Counted from the stretch's first letter, positions 1 through 15,547 are shown. The stretch is DNA of 64,000 nt from Eledone cirrhosa (GCA_964016885.1 OZ024741.1:148490001-148554000), one strand, 5' to 3'. Numbers and translations are program-made. Notes: generated from the sequence alone by a model not told the origin.

Positions 1-24
1 TCGATAACGAGGGGGCAGCCATCA
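1..24 (+). mobile_element. 3' terminal stem-loop/tail of an RTE LINE (element lies upstream of the window)
   Basis: tcgataacgagggggcagccatcat is identical to the 3' end of the RTE at ~61852-61876 and is followed by microsatellite. Confidence 0.75.
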
Positions 25-871
25 TATGTGTGTGTATATATATATGTGTATGCACATGTGTGTATATATGTATGTGTGTGTATGCGTGTGTGTATATATA
101 TATATACATATATATATAAATGTATAGAAGGTTGGCCGTATGTGTATGTGCGCTATATGTTTGAGTAGGATATGCTTATCCCAACTGATACAGGGCGCGA
201 AGTAAGCAGCCGTCAGAAGGCTTGTGGCGATATGTATCAACAAGTGGGTGTGACTGGATCCGTGGAAGTGAGGGAGAGAGGGTGTGTGTATATATATATA
301 TTAATGTAAGTATGTGGGTGTGTGTGTGTATGCGCATGTAGACGTATGTGTGTGTCTGCATAAGTAGGTATGTGTCTGCATGTGTGTGTGTTTATGTGTG
401 TATTTTAGTATGTGTGGGTGCTTACTCTGAAGTGTGAGCAGACGTGTGAAGTACTGAACCCAGCATGACTCCATCGAAATGTGTCGGACGGAAAATGGTT
501 GATGAACCGTGTGGCAGCAGATACTGACCAGAACTTGTGATGACGTGGAATAAAAACAGCCAATGGCATGACTAGAGTGGAAATAGTTTTTTTTTAGGAT
601 GCTTTTTGATGATAACACCCCAGTGATAAAATTTGCTCCTGACATAACAACCGTGTCTGAAAGAACCCGCAGAAGTAGAATCAGCCAGATCCATACAAGG
701 ACCATGTCTCGAGCTACATGCCGGCGAAACATTTGTAACACGAAATAAACTAAGTCCAGATGCATCACTGATTTTTCGTTTTCTTTATAATATCTACACT
801 CTACTCTGATGAATATCGAGTGCTAATTTTGGCATACCGCCTATGGAAGCACCAAAGCTACCATTATACAC

Positions 872-953
<82 letters not shown>

Positions 954-1002
954 ATATATACATATATATATAAGATCAAAAGATGGTTAAAAGAGTTCCA
1001 AG

Positions 1003-1073
1003 TATTTTATTATGCGCATTTCAAAAACAAATATCATCATGGGATGATATCTGCGTTCTCATCAGATAAAATA
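1003..1073 (-). ncRNA. Minimal type I hammerhead ribozyme (PLE-associated)
   Basis: Minus strand reads tattttat-CTGATGA-stem II (gaacgcagatatcatc/gatgatatttgttttt)-GAAA-tgcgca-TA-ataaaata: intact core, paired stem I, palindromic stem III. Confidence 0.85.
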
Positions 1074-2223
1074 GGGAGACATCATATGAAGCTTAAAAAA
1101 CACTTGTGAGCAGTGAAGTTTTAAATCAACATATGAAAAATAAATTAAGATGGATGTATGAGATTGGGAAAAAGTGCGGGAGTGGTGGAAAAGGTGAGGA
1201 AGAGGAAGAAATAAGAGTAAAGGATGGTGGGGGAGGAGTATAAGAAGGAAGGATGAGAGAGGAGGAGAAATGGGTGATAGAGAGAGATAGCCTTTATAAC
1301 TGAGAAAATATTGTCTCACAGAGAGAAATTAAAAAACCGTTGGAAGATAATAGATAATTTTGAAGTTAAAAGTTAATGAGGTTTATGCATGAAGAAAAAG
1401 GAATTAAGAATAGTATTAAATTAAGGTTTGTATATTGAAGGGTTTAATAATATGTGCGAAGAAAAGAATCTATTAATATGTATTATTAAGATAAAAATAT
1501 TAAGGATATTAAGGATATAATGTGAAAAGAAGGAGAAGAATAAATGAGTTATGAATTTAGAGGAATTAGTTAGGGTTTAAGTTTGTTTTTATGTATTGTA
1601 ATATGTATACGTAAATAGTATGTTTAAAATGAGCATGGGAGGAGAAAAGAAAAAAGAATGTTTAAGGAAGAAAATATCTAACGTCAAAAATATCTAACGT
1701 CGAAATATTTTCTAATGGTAATATTATAATATATTAAAAAGAAATTAGTTGGGGTTTAAGTTTGTTTTTATGTATTGTAATATGTAAAAGTAAAAGTTAG
1801 TAATGGGTTTAAAACGAGCAGGGAAGGAAAGAAGAGAGAAGAAAAATTTAAGGAAGAAAAAAATATCTAACGTCAAAAATGTTTATATGTTTACGGAAAT
1901 CTTCTAATGGTAATATTATAATGTATTAAAAAAATATAGTTTTAATGGCCAATAATATGAGGAAAGATGGAAGAATGGATAATGCTGTAGTGAGTAATAA
2001 TATGAATTGAGAAGTAATTGGGAAGAAAAAGTACAGATTAGAGATTAGAAATTAAAAAAAGAAAAAAGGAAGAAAGGAAAATGATAAAGAAGAATGACAT
2101 AGAATGAGTAAATTGTATTATATAATATATAATACTGAAATAAGGTAGAAAGGTGGGTATATTTATAAAAGATATATAAGCCTTTGTGAAAAGAGGATTT
2201 TAAACTAATAAGGTATTGAGATA

Positions 2224-3738
2224 TTAGCTGTATACTTTATGGAATGTTCTATGGAATTTATGCAAGCAGAGCGAAAATAAATCTGTGCGTCTATTTATTA
2301 TAGAATTGAAATTAGATATAATGGTAAATTTCTCGGCTAGGCAGAGATTACATGTTCTGGATAGGGAAGAATTCAGGTAGGGAAAGGAGGAACAAACCTT
2401 CCTCCAAGAGATGTTATAGTTAATATTTTTGTCTTTTAAGGACCATATGAGTTCCGACAGTGCCGTGTTAGTTCTTTTAAGTTGGTATTTAAAAGACGAT
2501 TTGTGATTATAAAATCTAACTTTGAAGGAAGTGGAAGTGGAACCGAAATAGGTAAAAGAATTAGTATCAGTTATAACCTTACATTGGAGGAATTGGATTG
2601 GAGAAGTTATTTACGATAGGAACAATAGTTTCCTGATTTAGATTGGTGTTATGAACATTCAACGAAGTTACGTTTGACGTCGTATTTAAATTTACAGAAT
2701 CTAGCCTAGAGTTAACTATGACGTCGGGTATACAACTGCTATTATTATGACGCTCAGTGTTGGAAGGATGTAATTTATTATTTAATATTTTATTGTTGTG
2801 TTTAGAGATGATGTTAGAGATGTTGGAAGTGGTGGAATAAGAAAATTTAATTGTGTGTTTGTTGAAGATTTTACTATAGATATGTGAGGGAGGGAAGCAT
2901 TTATCTAAGGCCCTAAAGAATAGTTTAGGAATATTATTATTAATAGATAGAGAAAAAGGAGCATTAAACCAGATTATATTTTTGTATCTAGGTCTTTTAT
3001 TTAAGTTATTGGAATGTTTATAATTAATTATTTTGCTATAAGACCTTCGATGATTGGTTTCCTTACTGTATTTAATTTTATCATGATAACCGGCTTTAGA
3101 AAGCGCATTATTATAATAATTGGCATTGGCGTCGAAGATATCTTTATTAGAGGATAGATTTGAGATTCTTTTTTCAATATTACTGACTATAGCATTTTTA
3201 ATGTTAGTGGGGTGGTTAGATTTAAAATAAACATAATTTAGATTCTCATTGTTTTTATGGTAAGAGTAATATAGGCCAGTGTCAAGATTTAGGGATATAT
3301 CCAAGAAGTTAGCTAGTTTGACGTTGTTATCAAATTCAATTTTAAGGTTATGGTGCTTAAAGAGATCACGTATATTGTTCTTAATAATATTAAGGTTAAC
3401 TAAGTTACAGTTTAAGATAGTAAAAAAGCCATCGTCACGATAAATTCCACCGCGAAGTTGAGGAATTTTCCGATTTAAAGAATTCAAAATAAAGATACCA
3501 ATCAAATCAGTCAATTGCGATGAATCGGAAGCACCCATTGTGATATCAAAATTGTTGGAAGTATCGGCTCTAGTCCAGTATTCATTGTTGAATTCCAAGA
3601 TAGTTTTTCTTGCGGTAAGAATGATGTAAAGTTAGTTCATCTGTGGTAATGTCAGAATATTTAAATGCGAAAGATAGAGCGTTGTTGAGAAGTGAAGGCG
3701 AAATAGAATAGTAGCTGGCAATATCAAATTGAATACAT
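2224..3738 (-). pseudogene. PLE reverse transcriptase / GIY-YIG endonuclease pseudogene (includes ORF 2579..3598)
   Basis: 339-aa ORF with YRDD catalytic motif; frameshift near 3600; break near 2580 where the N-terminal part of the GIY-YIG domain is missing. Confidence 0.85.
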
Positions 3739-5057
<1,319 letters not shown>

Positions 5058-5065
5058 ACATATAT

Positions 5066-7615
5066 AAATATGAAGAAGGAGTGAGACTTCTTGAATTTTG
5101 TGATGCAAGTACACTGACTATTTGCAACACAAACTTCCAGAAACCTGCCAATCACCTAATAACCTACAAATCTGGCGAGCACATAAGCCAGATTGACTTC
5201 TTACTAGTTAGGCAGCGGGACAGGCAGATAGTGTCTAATACTAAGGCATACCCTGGGAAAGAATGTACCCCACAGCATAGGTTAGTCGTTAGTGATATCT
5301 CAGTATGCAAGAGATGGAATGAGACATACAGGAAGGTATGGAGAAGAAAGGTCTGGAAGCTAAAAGACCTTTTACTAAAATACAAATTTAGGAAAGTCCT
5401 TCAAGATGTCTATGACGAAAAAGAAGACGATTTAGAGACGTATGACATAGATAATAACTGAAATTTCTTACGTGACAACTTGCTGCAGGCTACTGATGAA
5501 ACTTGTGGCTGGAGCAGAGCTCCAACCAGACAGAGAGTGACCTGGTGGTGGAACAGCACAGTAGATAAGGCCATTAGAGACAAAAGACTAGCATGGAAGG
5601 CTTGGAAAAAGGGTGGGAGTAGGGAATAATATACAGCCGCTAAGAGAGAAGCTAGACGTCAGGTGTACATAGCACGCAGGGAGGCTGAGAGTAGGAGGTT
5701 TGCCAATGTTCTGCGACGGGAAGATCAGAGGCGTGCGGCGTTCCACATTGCAATGCAGTGTGTCAATGCAAATCAGGATGTTGTTGGAGATAAATGTGTC
5801 CGGGATGATGCCGTTGTACTTAGTGTCACGAATGATCAGAAAAAGGAGGCCTGGAAATGTCATTATGAGAGACTGATGAATGTGGAGAACGAATGGGAGA
5901 GAGAGAAATTACCCTTAGTAAATCCAACAGAGGGACCAGCTATTGAGATTGACGAATATAGGGTCCAAGAGGCGATTAAGGAAATGAAAAATGATAAGGC
6001 TGCTGGACCATCGGGAATAGTTGCTGAGATGCTAAAGGCATCAGGGGACGTAGGCACTAAACTGGTTGCATGCATCATCAATCAGGCTATATATGGTGGT
6101 GTCATACCCGAAGACTGGTGCAGCAGTATTCTCATAAATTGCTACAAAGGTAAAGGGGATGCTCTGGAGAGGAGCAATTATAGGGGTATAAAACTGATGG
6201 ATCAGGTTATGAAAGTAGCAGAAAGGATATCAGCACAACTAATTAGAGAAAGGGTCAAACTAGATGAGATGCAGTTTGGTTTTGTGCCTGGGAAGAGTAC
6301 AACAGATGCCCTCTTCTTGGTGAGACAATTGCAAGAGAGGTTCTTAGAGAAAAATAAGCCACTATACTTACCCTTTGTTGACCTAGAGAAGGCCTTTGAT
6401 AGGGTACCCCGATCTGTCATCTGATGGTCTCTAAGGAAACTAGGTGTTGAGGAATGGCTTGTGAGGACAGTGCAAACTTTGTACAGAGGTAGTCTCAGTA
6501 AAGTCAGGCTAGGAATGGAGTTTAGTGAGGAATTCCAGATACAAGTAGGAGTACATCAAGGTTCGGTCCTCAGCCCGCTCTTGTTCATTATAGTCCTCCA
6601 AGCCATAACAGAGGATTTTAAGACCGGCTGTCCATGGGAACTTCTCTATGCTGACGATCTGGTTCTTATAGCAGAATCAGTAGAGGAGCTAGAGAATAAA
6701 TTCTGGCTATGGAAACAGCAGTTGGAAGCAAGAGGACTGAGAGTGAACCTAGCTAAGACAAAAGTGTTGATGAGTAGAAAAGAGGACAAAACTCTGATTC
6801 CGTCAGGCAAATGGCCGTGTTCGATATGCAGAAAAGGAACTGGCATAAATTCTTTAAAATGCACACAAGAGATGTAGCGGGATAGCAGACAAACTAACAG
6901 GTAGGGAGAAATATGTATGCAGTAGATGTACAGGGAAATTAGACAGTAGAAGTCGCATTGATAGACACATTTTTCAAATGCAGGAGGGTGCTATAGAAGT
7001 GGTGGATAGCCTCCGGTACCTAGGAGATCAGATTAACATGGGAGGAGGGTGTTCCGAGGCCATAGTATCTAAAATAAGGACGGGTTGGAAGAAGTTTAGG
7101 GAGCTGCTTCCTCTGCTGATGAAGAAGGGTTTCTCCCTGCGTACGAAAGGCCGGTTGTATGATGTCTGTGTGAGGAGCGCGATGCTGCATGGTAGTGAGA
7201 CATGGGCAACAACTGTAGAGGATATGCGACGGCTGGAGAGAAATGAGGCAAGCATACTCCGTTGGATGTGCAGTGTAAATGTGCGTGAACGACCTAGCAT
7301 GAATGTGTTGAGAGAGAAATTGTGTCTGAGAGGGATAGAATGTAGTGTACGGGAGAGGAGACTGAGTTCGTATGGACATGTGATGTGCAGGGAGGATGAC
7401 CGATGGGTGAAGAAGTGCCAGGAAATGCCAGTTGAAGGAAGACGTGGTACAGGTAGACCACGAAAAACATAGGCGGAGGGGGTGAGAACAGACCTCAGAT
7501 CATTGAAGTTCACGGTGGAGATGACGAAGGACTGGGACGAGTGGAGAGATGCTGTGCTGAATAAGACCCGTCCCACCCTTGCGAGCAGGGAAGAGCGGAC
7601 GTAAAATGATGATGA

Positions 7616-7618
<3 letters not shown>
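5066..7618 (+). mobile_element. RTE-clade LINE, 5'-truncated pseudogene
   Basis: APE C-terminus (SQIDFLL, QHRLVV), RT motifs NYRGIKL, QFGF, FVDLEKAFD, QGSVLSP, YADD, YLG; stops at 5459 and 6422; GRPRKT C-terminus; (ATG)n tail. Confidence 0.92.
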
Positions 7619-7676
<58 letters not shown>

Positions 7677-7680
<4 letters not shown>

Positions 7681-10530
7681 GATACTATAGAGAATACCAA
7701 TAGATATCCCGACAAAATTGACGGTATAAATATGGCCGACACCTCATTAACAGATGAGTTCAACAACAATAACAACACAAATATATACGGCAACACAATA
7801 ATAGATAACGATAAGTTATGTGTATTATGTCTACCCCCGAAATTTGCGACATTCAAGAAGTTAAATATGATTAGTTGTCTGTCAGAAATAGAAAAATCAT
7901 TTACAAAATTACGTTGGAACCTCAAAAACAAAAACAAAAACAAAAACAAAAGTAACAATATACGCACACACATATACAACACACATCCCAACAACAACAG
8001 ACACACAGACACAAACAACAATAACAACAACACACACACCAACAATAATAACATACCCAGAAACAACAACAACAACAGACACGCATACACAAACAACAAT
8101 AACAACACACACAACAATAATAACACACACGGAGACAACAACAACAACACACATCAACAACAGCAAACATCAACAACAACAACACACACACATTCAATGC
8201 CTCTCACCACCACCACAATCTTAACAAACACACAGACACAGAAAACAAGTAATGACAGTAGCACAGAAATCACAGAAATAAGGGAAAGTAATAGGATTAA
8301 AAGGAGAAGGGAGACTATGGACAAAGAAAATAACCAAGACGAACACACAGACACACAAAATAGAGTAGATAATAACAATGAGCCAGTGGAAAGAGACAGG
8401 AGTAATTATGAGAGACATAGAAACAACCATGAGGCTGTTGCTGGAAATAGAAATAGAAATAGAAATAGAAACAACACAACTAACAATAACAATAGCACTA
8501 GTACACATAAAGCAGCAGCCTGGAACTCTACTTTTTATAATCCCTCCGATAAGTCGTTCGACCTGCGACGAGTCCACGCCACGACTTTACCATTTAACAA
8601 ACGCACGCAATTGCCGTCGCAGGTCGATGAACAAACAGAAGCACAATTTAGTATAGCTAAATCCGAACTTAGAAATATTATAGAACAGTATAGCAAGAAG
8701 CATAATAGAATGGAGGCCCAGCAACTGGGAGAAAAATCTACAAATGGCTTGCGTAAGCTCATGCAGCGCTCGCGTAATGGAGAGATAGCATGCTTTCCAA
8801 CAGACAAGTCTCGCAGAATGTCGGTTGACAGCCTGCCAAACTACATCCAGGCAATGCAACCCCACATCACTAACACAAGAGAGGTAACACCACAGGAGCA
8901 TGAGGATAGAGAAAAAGCCCTCAATGCTCATATGGTGATGTGGACGAATATAATGCAGCCCAACAAAAGGACTGCCAACAACTTCCAGGCGGCCTGGAAC
9001 AATGACGTGCCGGCGTTGTATGGGCTTCGAAAAGACCATAAAACGGGCTGTGACCCTGTCACGGGACCACCAACGCGGCCAGTCTGTGGGGCTAACATTG
9101 CTAGTAACTACAGACTGTCCTACTTCCTCTCCCTGATCATACGCCCCATCATTGAAATGTCCCCAGATGTATGTGACAGCACGGAGGACCTCCTCAGCAA
9201 AATCGGCGGGGGTAACCGATCTAGGGACCTAACAAACTGCATAATAGGTAGTATGGATGTTGTGTCCCTGTATCCATCTATTGACGTGGATTTTGCTGTG
9301 GAGAAATGCGTAGAAATGATCAGTGAGAGCAATGTTGAGTTCCGTGGGATTGATACCAGTGAGCTGGGACTCCTAATTAAACTTACCTATAGTAATAATT
9401 ACCTAGACACATATGACCTTAGCAACCTGTGCCCTACAAGACCAGCAAGAGGCAGACCACCTACCATTACCTCAATGGCCAAGAAAACCCACACAGATAG
9501 ATGGAACGGGTGGACCAGAGCCATACGGACACCCGAAAACCACGATGAACTGAAGAAAATGATTGCACATGCGGTAGGGGCCAGCATAAAACTAACCCTT
9601 AAGGAACATATGTTCAAATTTAATGGAAAAACATATGCCCAAGAGGAAGGAGCAGCCATTGGTGGCGACATTGCAGGCGACATAGCTAACTTATTCATGG
9701 TATGGTGGGACAGTAGACTTAAACTTAAACTTAAAGAACAATTAGAAGACCCCTTAACCCTGATAATGTACTCCCGCTACGTTGACGATATAAACATCGT
9801 AGTTAAGACATCCCCACTAGAGAACAGTCAGGAACTAGAGAAAAACACAATGGAAAGCATCCAGCAAATAGCTAACTCCATCCACCAGAGTATTAGAGTT
9901 ACTATAGACTACCCAAGTAAACACCCCAACCATCGATTACCTGTACTAGACACAGAGCTATGGTTAGATACCATTAATAACAAAAAACAAATCTTCCATT
10001 CCCATTATGCCAAACCCATGACTTCCAAACATCTGATCCACCGAAACTCGGCTGTTTCGGACCATACCAAAATCAACATACTGATTGCGGATTTAGTACG
10101 GGTGATGAGAAACGTGTCCCGCATGTGCAACCCCGAAGAACTAGAGAGACACATACAACACTTCATCCACCGTATGCAGTTCTCTGGTTACAATCAAAGA
10201 GATAGAATCAGAGTGTATAGAGGAGCCAGAACCAAATGGGAAAAAATGGTAAATAATGACATAAATGGGACCTGCCCCTTGTATAGGAGCAAATTTTGGA
10301 ATAGAATAGGAAGAACTAGGAATAAGGCTAATAGAATAAACTCATGGTATGATAGCAATAAATACCAGAGTGTAATGTTCATCGATACAACCCCTAGAGG
10401 TGAATTAGCTTACAAATTTAGAAGGGCCCTAGATAAACATAAACTCAATATTAAGATAGTAGAAAGACCAGGTACCTCCGTAAAAACACTTATTAGCAAT
10501 ACATACCCTTTCCAAAGACCCCCTGTATAG
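7677..10530 (+). CDS. PLE reverse transcriptase ORF with Asn/Thr-rich N-terminal region (open ~950 codons; called start 7579 is microsatellite read-through)
   Basis: Uninterrupted frame with full PLE RT motifs; endonuclease is separated by a frameshift, so probably non-functional. Confidence 0.7.
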
Positions 10531-11102
10531 ATAAGAAATGTATAACCTGTAAAATAAGCCCCCATATTAACTGTAAAACTAGAAATGTAGTGTATAGCAT
10601 AAGATGTACTGAAGGACAATGTAGAGACAAAAATATAGTGTACATAGGTGAGACAGCTCGTAGTGTAGGGGAACGGATAAATGAACACTGGCGAGACCTT
10701 CAAGATAGTAAAGAATCATCTGTACTCTACCAACATGCTAAAATAGAACATAAGGGTAAATTAGAGAACAGAAATAAAAATAGAATCTACACACAGAAAA
10801 GACGCAATGTTTAGACAAATCACAGAGGCAATAAACATAAAAGAATTACAACCAAAATTAAATAGAAAATATGAGTGGAACAGCAACATCACAACTTACA
10901 ATTAAGGACAAAATGAAAACACACACACATAGAACAAACAACCAACCTGTAACATGTAAATAAACAAATAAATAAACAAATATAAACACACACAGACACC
11001 CGGATGTGGCGCATGCGCAGACTGAGCACACAACACACACACAGAAACAAAATGGCGTAGGACAGAAAAAAGGAGAGACACAAAAACAAAGAAAAGAATC
11101 CC

Positions 11103-11149
11103 CAGTCACTGAAGAGGTCACAGAATGTGTGACGAAAGAACTTTGACAA
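11103..11149 (+). ncRNA. Minimal hammerhead ribozyme variant (PLE 3' UTR)
   Basis: gtca-CTGAAGA(11109-11115)-g-gtcaca/tgtgac-GAAA(11134-11137)-gaac-TT-tgac. Confidence 0.65.
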
Positions 11150-11384
11150 TATATAAACAACTATCTGGTTGTGGAACCAACCAACCAACCAGAAATTTAT
11201 AAATTCCTAAATTTATAAATTTATTATAATAAATTGAAGTGAAAGCAACTGGTGCGTGTGTTTCTTATTGACAACATGACCCTCCCAAAGTATAACAATA
11301 TCGGTTTCAACACACGATTTCAGATAAAGAATCTTGCTAAACAAATTCAGAAACAAAATTATATATATATATATATATATATAA

Positions 11385-11530
11385 TCATCATTTCATCATT
11401 CATCATTTCATTTTACGTCCACTTTTCCCTGCTTGCAAGGGTGGGACGGGAACTGATTCTGGCCTAATTTCTACAGCTGGATGCCCTTCCTAGCACCAAC
11501 CTCATTTACAGTGAGTGCTGGGTGCTTTTT
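11385..11530 (-). mobile_element. 3' half of SINE family 1
   Basis: Reverse complement matches the 3' part of the SINE at 51362-51698, including the RTE-like tail. Confidence 0.8.
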
Positions 11531-12345
11531 AAACGAACTAAGGGAGAAATTAGGAATAAGAGGGATCAGATGTTGTTTACTCGAGAGAAGACTACGTTGG
11601 TACGGTCACGTGATGCGCATGAAAGACGACAGCTGTATAAAAAAGTGCAGGTCGTTAAAAATAGACGGTAGCCACGGAGTAGGCAGACCCACAAAAACCT
11701 GGGACGACTTGATAAATTCCGACCTCACACACTTACACCTCTCCAAGACAATGTCATTGGACCGAGATCTTTGGCGCTACACAGTTATTCAGAAGACCCG
11801 CCTTGCCTAAGTACAAAGCGAAACCTACAGTCAGTAGGCACCACTAACAAAATACACCCCCGTCCCACTACCCCCATACCCCCACCCCATCCACACCACC
11901 CTCTTAAATGTGAAGTTATGTTGGTACCACAACATCCAGTCCGAAACAAATGAGGTCGTGTAGGTGTCACGACAAAAAAAACACACAGTCCATGCTGTAA
12001 TGTGGCCGTGTAGGTAACACGGTCAAAACCTCCCAGTACACACTGTAAACTTGGTTGGTGTTGGGAAGGGCACCCAACCGTAGAAAACCCGCCAGACGTG
12101 TAGGGTGTAACGACAAAAAACACACAGTCCACGCTGTAATGTGGCCGTATAGGTAACACGGTAAAAATCTCCCAGTCCACACTGTAAACGTGGTTGGTGT
12201 TAGGAAGGGCATCCAGCCGTAGGAAACACGCCAGACAGTCCTATGCGAGCAGGACAACCAATCTTGCCTCAAGTGGGAAAACTCCCGTCCAAACCCATGC
12301 AAGCGTGGAAGATGGACGTTAAACGATGATGATGATGATGATGAT
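11531..12345 (+). mobile_element. RTE LINE 3' fragment with duplicated 3' UTR module
   Basis: ERRLRWYGHVMRM...GRPTKTW...* then two ~142-bp tandem units and ccgtccaaacccatgcaagcgtggaagatggacgttaaac(gat)n tail. Confidence 0.85.
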
Positions 12346-12364
12346 ATATATATATATTATATAT

Positions 12365-12694
<330 letters not shown>

Positions 12695-12759
12695 CTTTTT
12701 CCATTTATATATATATATATATATATTATATATATTATATATATATATATATTATATAT

Positions 12760-12833
<74 letters not shown>

Positions 12834-12959
12834 ATATATATTATATATATATATATATATTTTGAGTATATGTTGGTTGTATACCTCTGAACAAGACCCT
12901 CGAGATACTAAGAGGTGGAAGCGGCCTGATAAACCTCAGAACCGACTTCTTCGGGACAT

Positions 12960-13170
12960 GCAGACACCTCAGGGCCGGGACCTACCTGAAGATATATGGA
13001 CAGTAGCAACACAATTAGATGTGAACTTCCCCAAGCTATAGGGACTTCTCCAGAACATCTAGACACCTCTCGGCCAAACCTCCCTCAAGCTATATGGGCA
13101 GTAACAACACCATAGTTTGGGAACTCCCCTCAAGCCATAGGGACAAACCCAGGCTGAGCAGACACCATGA
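12960..13170. repeat. Two diverged ~100-bp tandem units, unclassified
   Basis: gacacctc...tatatgg.cagta.caacac...gaact.ccc..caagc.atagggac occurs twice. Confidence 0.6.
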
Positions 13171-13986
13171 TAGCCTAGAGATTGATTCTGACAAAGCCTT
13201 TATAATTTGGCCAACATCTTTATAACACACACACATTTTAATTTACCTGATTTTTTATTTTTCAATTTTGATTTCTCATTATTCATTTGTTATTTGTTTT
13301 CTGTTTTCTTCACTTTATCACCTTATATTTATATTTAAGTTGAGATTGGTTATAACACACACACATTTTATTTGATTATCCTATTTCGTCTTATTCTTTT
13401 ACCATCTTGTTCCTCCTACCAATCTATCCAACATATTTCTGACCTTGAGATTGGTTATAGCACACACACATTTTATCTTATTTTATTCGATTCTTCATTT
13501 CATTTTTCACTTTTCATTTTCATTTTTCATTTTCCATATTCATTATTCATTACCTTTTCATTACCTTTTCATTAATTTTTCATTTATTCTCTATATATTG
13601 TTTATTTTCTGCTTACTTCATTTTATTGCCTTTTATTTCTTCATATACATGGCAAATAAAAACAAAGAAACAGTTCCTTATATTAAAAATTCATCATTTT
13701 ACGATCGTTTCTAGGATATATATGTGTGTGTTGGTATGTATATCATATAGATCTATGTAAATATTTTACAAACTATCAGAGGGAATATACATACCTACAC
13801 ATATATATATATATAACTGTTTCTTCGTTTTTATTCATTGTTTTTATTAATTTATCTTGACTCTGTTTTCCTGTGATTTTCATCGAAAAAATGTTTGAAT
13901 ACATCTTCTCTTTTCATGATATTTGGATTACATTGTGGTCTTCATACAGATTGGACACTACCGTATATTTTGGTAGATTTATCTAC

Positions 13987-14032
<46 letters not shown>

Positions 14033-14044
14033 ATATAGTGCAAA

Positions 14045-14590
14045 TTAATACGGGAACAAAACAGAGAGGTAGGCAAATAAAGGTTTATTAGGTTCATGTT
14101 TTGAGAGGGGGGGGGGCGTTTCGGGCATAACCCCTTCTTCAGGAGTAAATAGATTAGGAAGAGAGTTCAGAGGGTGTGTGGAAATACATTTAGAAAAAAG
14201 GGGGAAGGAGAACAAATAAAAATAAAAATAAACGTAAAAATAAACATAAGAATAAGCAATAAGATGAACAAGTGGTAGAAGGGTGTGAGGCGTGTAAGGG
14301 TGGTGGCGGGTGGAGTTGGGAGAGGGAGGTGAGGGTCGAAGCGGGTAAGGCTGAAGGAGGTGTTTGTGTATGTGTGTAGGTGTACGTGAGTCTGTGTGCG
14401 TATGTATGTGAGAGTTTGAGGAAGAACGAGGTTCCATGTTCAGGAAAAGGTGTGTAATGGGGTGGGGTGTAGGTCGGTGTGTGCGTGCGTGTGGAAGGAG
14501 AGGGGTCAGGGGTTGGGGGAGGTGGCGTGTGGATTCCGGAGGTTGAATGTGTATATATTTGGGGGTATGCACGTGTCTGTTTGTGTTTAT
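14045..14590 (-). mobile_element. Probable PLE 3' remnant with partial hammerhead core
   Basis: Minus strand has CA-rich UTR-like sequence, then CTGAAGA-a-ggg..ccc-GAAAcg at 14117-14142; stems I and III are not intact. Confidence 0.45.
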
Positions 14591-14649
14591 ATGCAAACAC
14601 CGGGGGGCTGGTGATGTCCAGAGGGCGTTAGCCCCCCGGCGTTTGCATA
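14590..14649. repeat. 60-nt GC-rich hairpin
   Basis: tatgcaaacaccggggggct pairs with agccccccggcgtttgcata (19/20). Confidence 0.9.
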
Positions 14650-14854
14650 GCTACGGCTTCCTAAAACCGTATTCCTTTGGAGATATGAAATATCTATACA
14701 TATTATATAAAGTTATGCTTGAAGCGAAATCCTATTTCTTTTATATATATGCATATATATATATCCGTCCAAACCCATGCAAGCGTGGAAGATGGTCGTT
14801 AAACGATGATAATGATGATGATGATGATGATATATATATATATATATGTATATA

Positions 14855-15428
14855 TCATCATCATCATCATCATTATCATCATCATCATCATCGTTTAACG
14901 TCCATCTTCCACGCTAGCATGGGTTTGGACGGGAATTTTCCCACTTGAGGCAAGATTGGTTTTCTCGCTCGTATAGGACTGTCTGGCGGGTTTTCTACGG
15001 CTGGATGCCCTTCCTAACACCAACCACGTTTACAGTGTGGACTGGGAGGTTTTTACCGTGTTACCTACACGGCCACATTACAGCGTGGACTGTGTGTTTT
15101 TCTTTTAGTCGTGACACCTACACGACCTCATTTATTTCGGACCGGATGTTGTGGTACTAACATAACTTTACATCGAAAGGGGTGGTGTGGATGGGTGGGG
15201 GTAGTTGGACGAGGGTGTATTTTTGTTAAGAGGTGCCTACTGTCTGTAGGTTTCGCTTTGTACTTAGGCAAGGCGGGTCTTCTGTATTACTGTGTAGCGC
15301 CAAAGATCTCGGTCCAGTGACATTGTCTTGGAGAGGTGTAAGTGTGTGAGGTCGGAATTTATCAAGTCGTCCCAGGTTTTTCTGGGTCTGCCTACTCCGT
15401 GGCTACCGTCTATTTTTATCGCCCTGCA

Positions 15429-15432
<4 letters not shown>
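14855..15432 (-). mobile_element. RTE LINE 3' fragment (same family as 11531-12345, inverted)
   Basis: Reverse complement colinear with 11645-12345 but with a single 3' UTR unit. Confidence 0.85.
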
Positions 15433-15475
<43 letters not shown>

Positions 15476-15547
15476 AATATATATATATATATATGTATAC
15501 ATATATATGTATATATATATGTATACATATATATGTATATATATATA

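Larger units (their letters stand above)
973..3738 (-). mobile_element. Penelope-like retroelement, 5'-truncated (probably Hydra-type PLE)
   Basis: RT core (QFDIASYY, FDITMGASDS, IYRDD, FLDI), IIWFNAPFS linker, GIY-YIG remnant YFGSTSTSFKVRFYNH...CNLCLAEK...CLH, long AT-rich 3' UTR ending in a hammerhead, (TA)n flank. Confidence 0.85.
7677..11358 (+). mobile_element. Penelope-like retroelement, long copy with RT, frameshifted GIY-YIG and 3' UTR
   Basis: RT motifs TDKS, LYGLRKDHK, TRPVCG, SMDVVSLYPSI, QEEGAAIG, RYVDD, LPVLD; VYSIRC...YIGETARSVGERINEH endonuclease at ~10590-10865; flanked by (TA)n. Confidence 0.9.
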
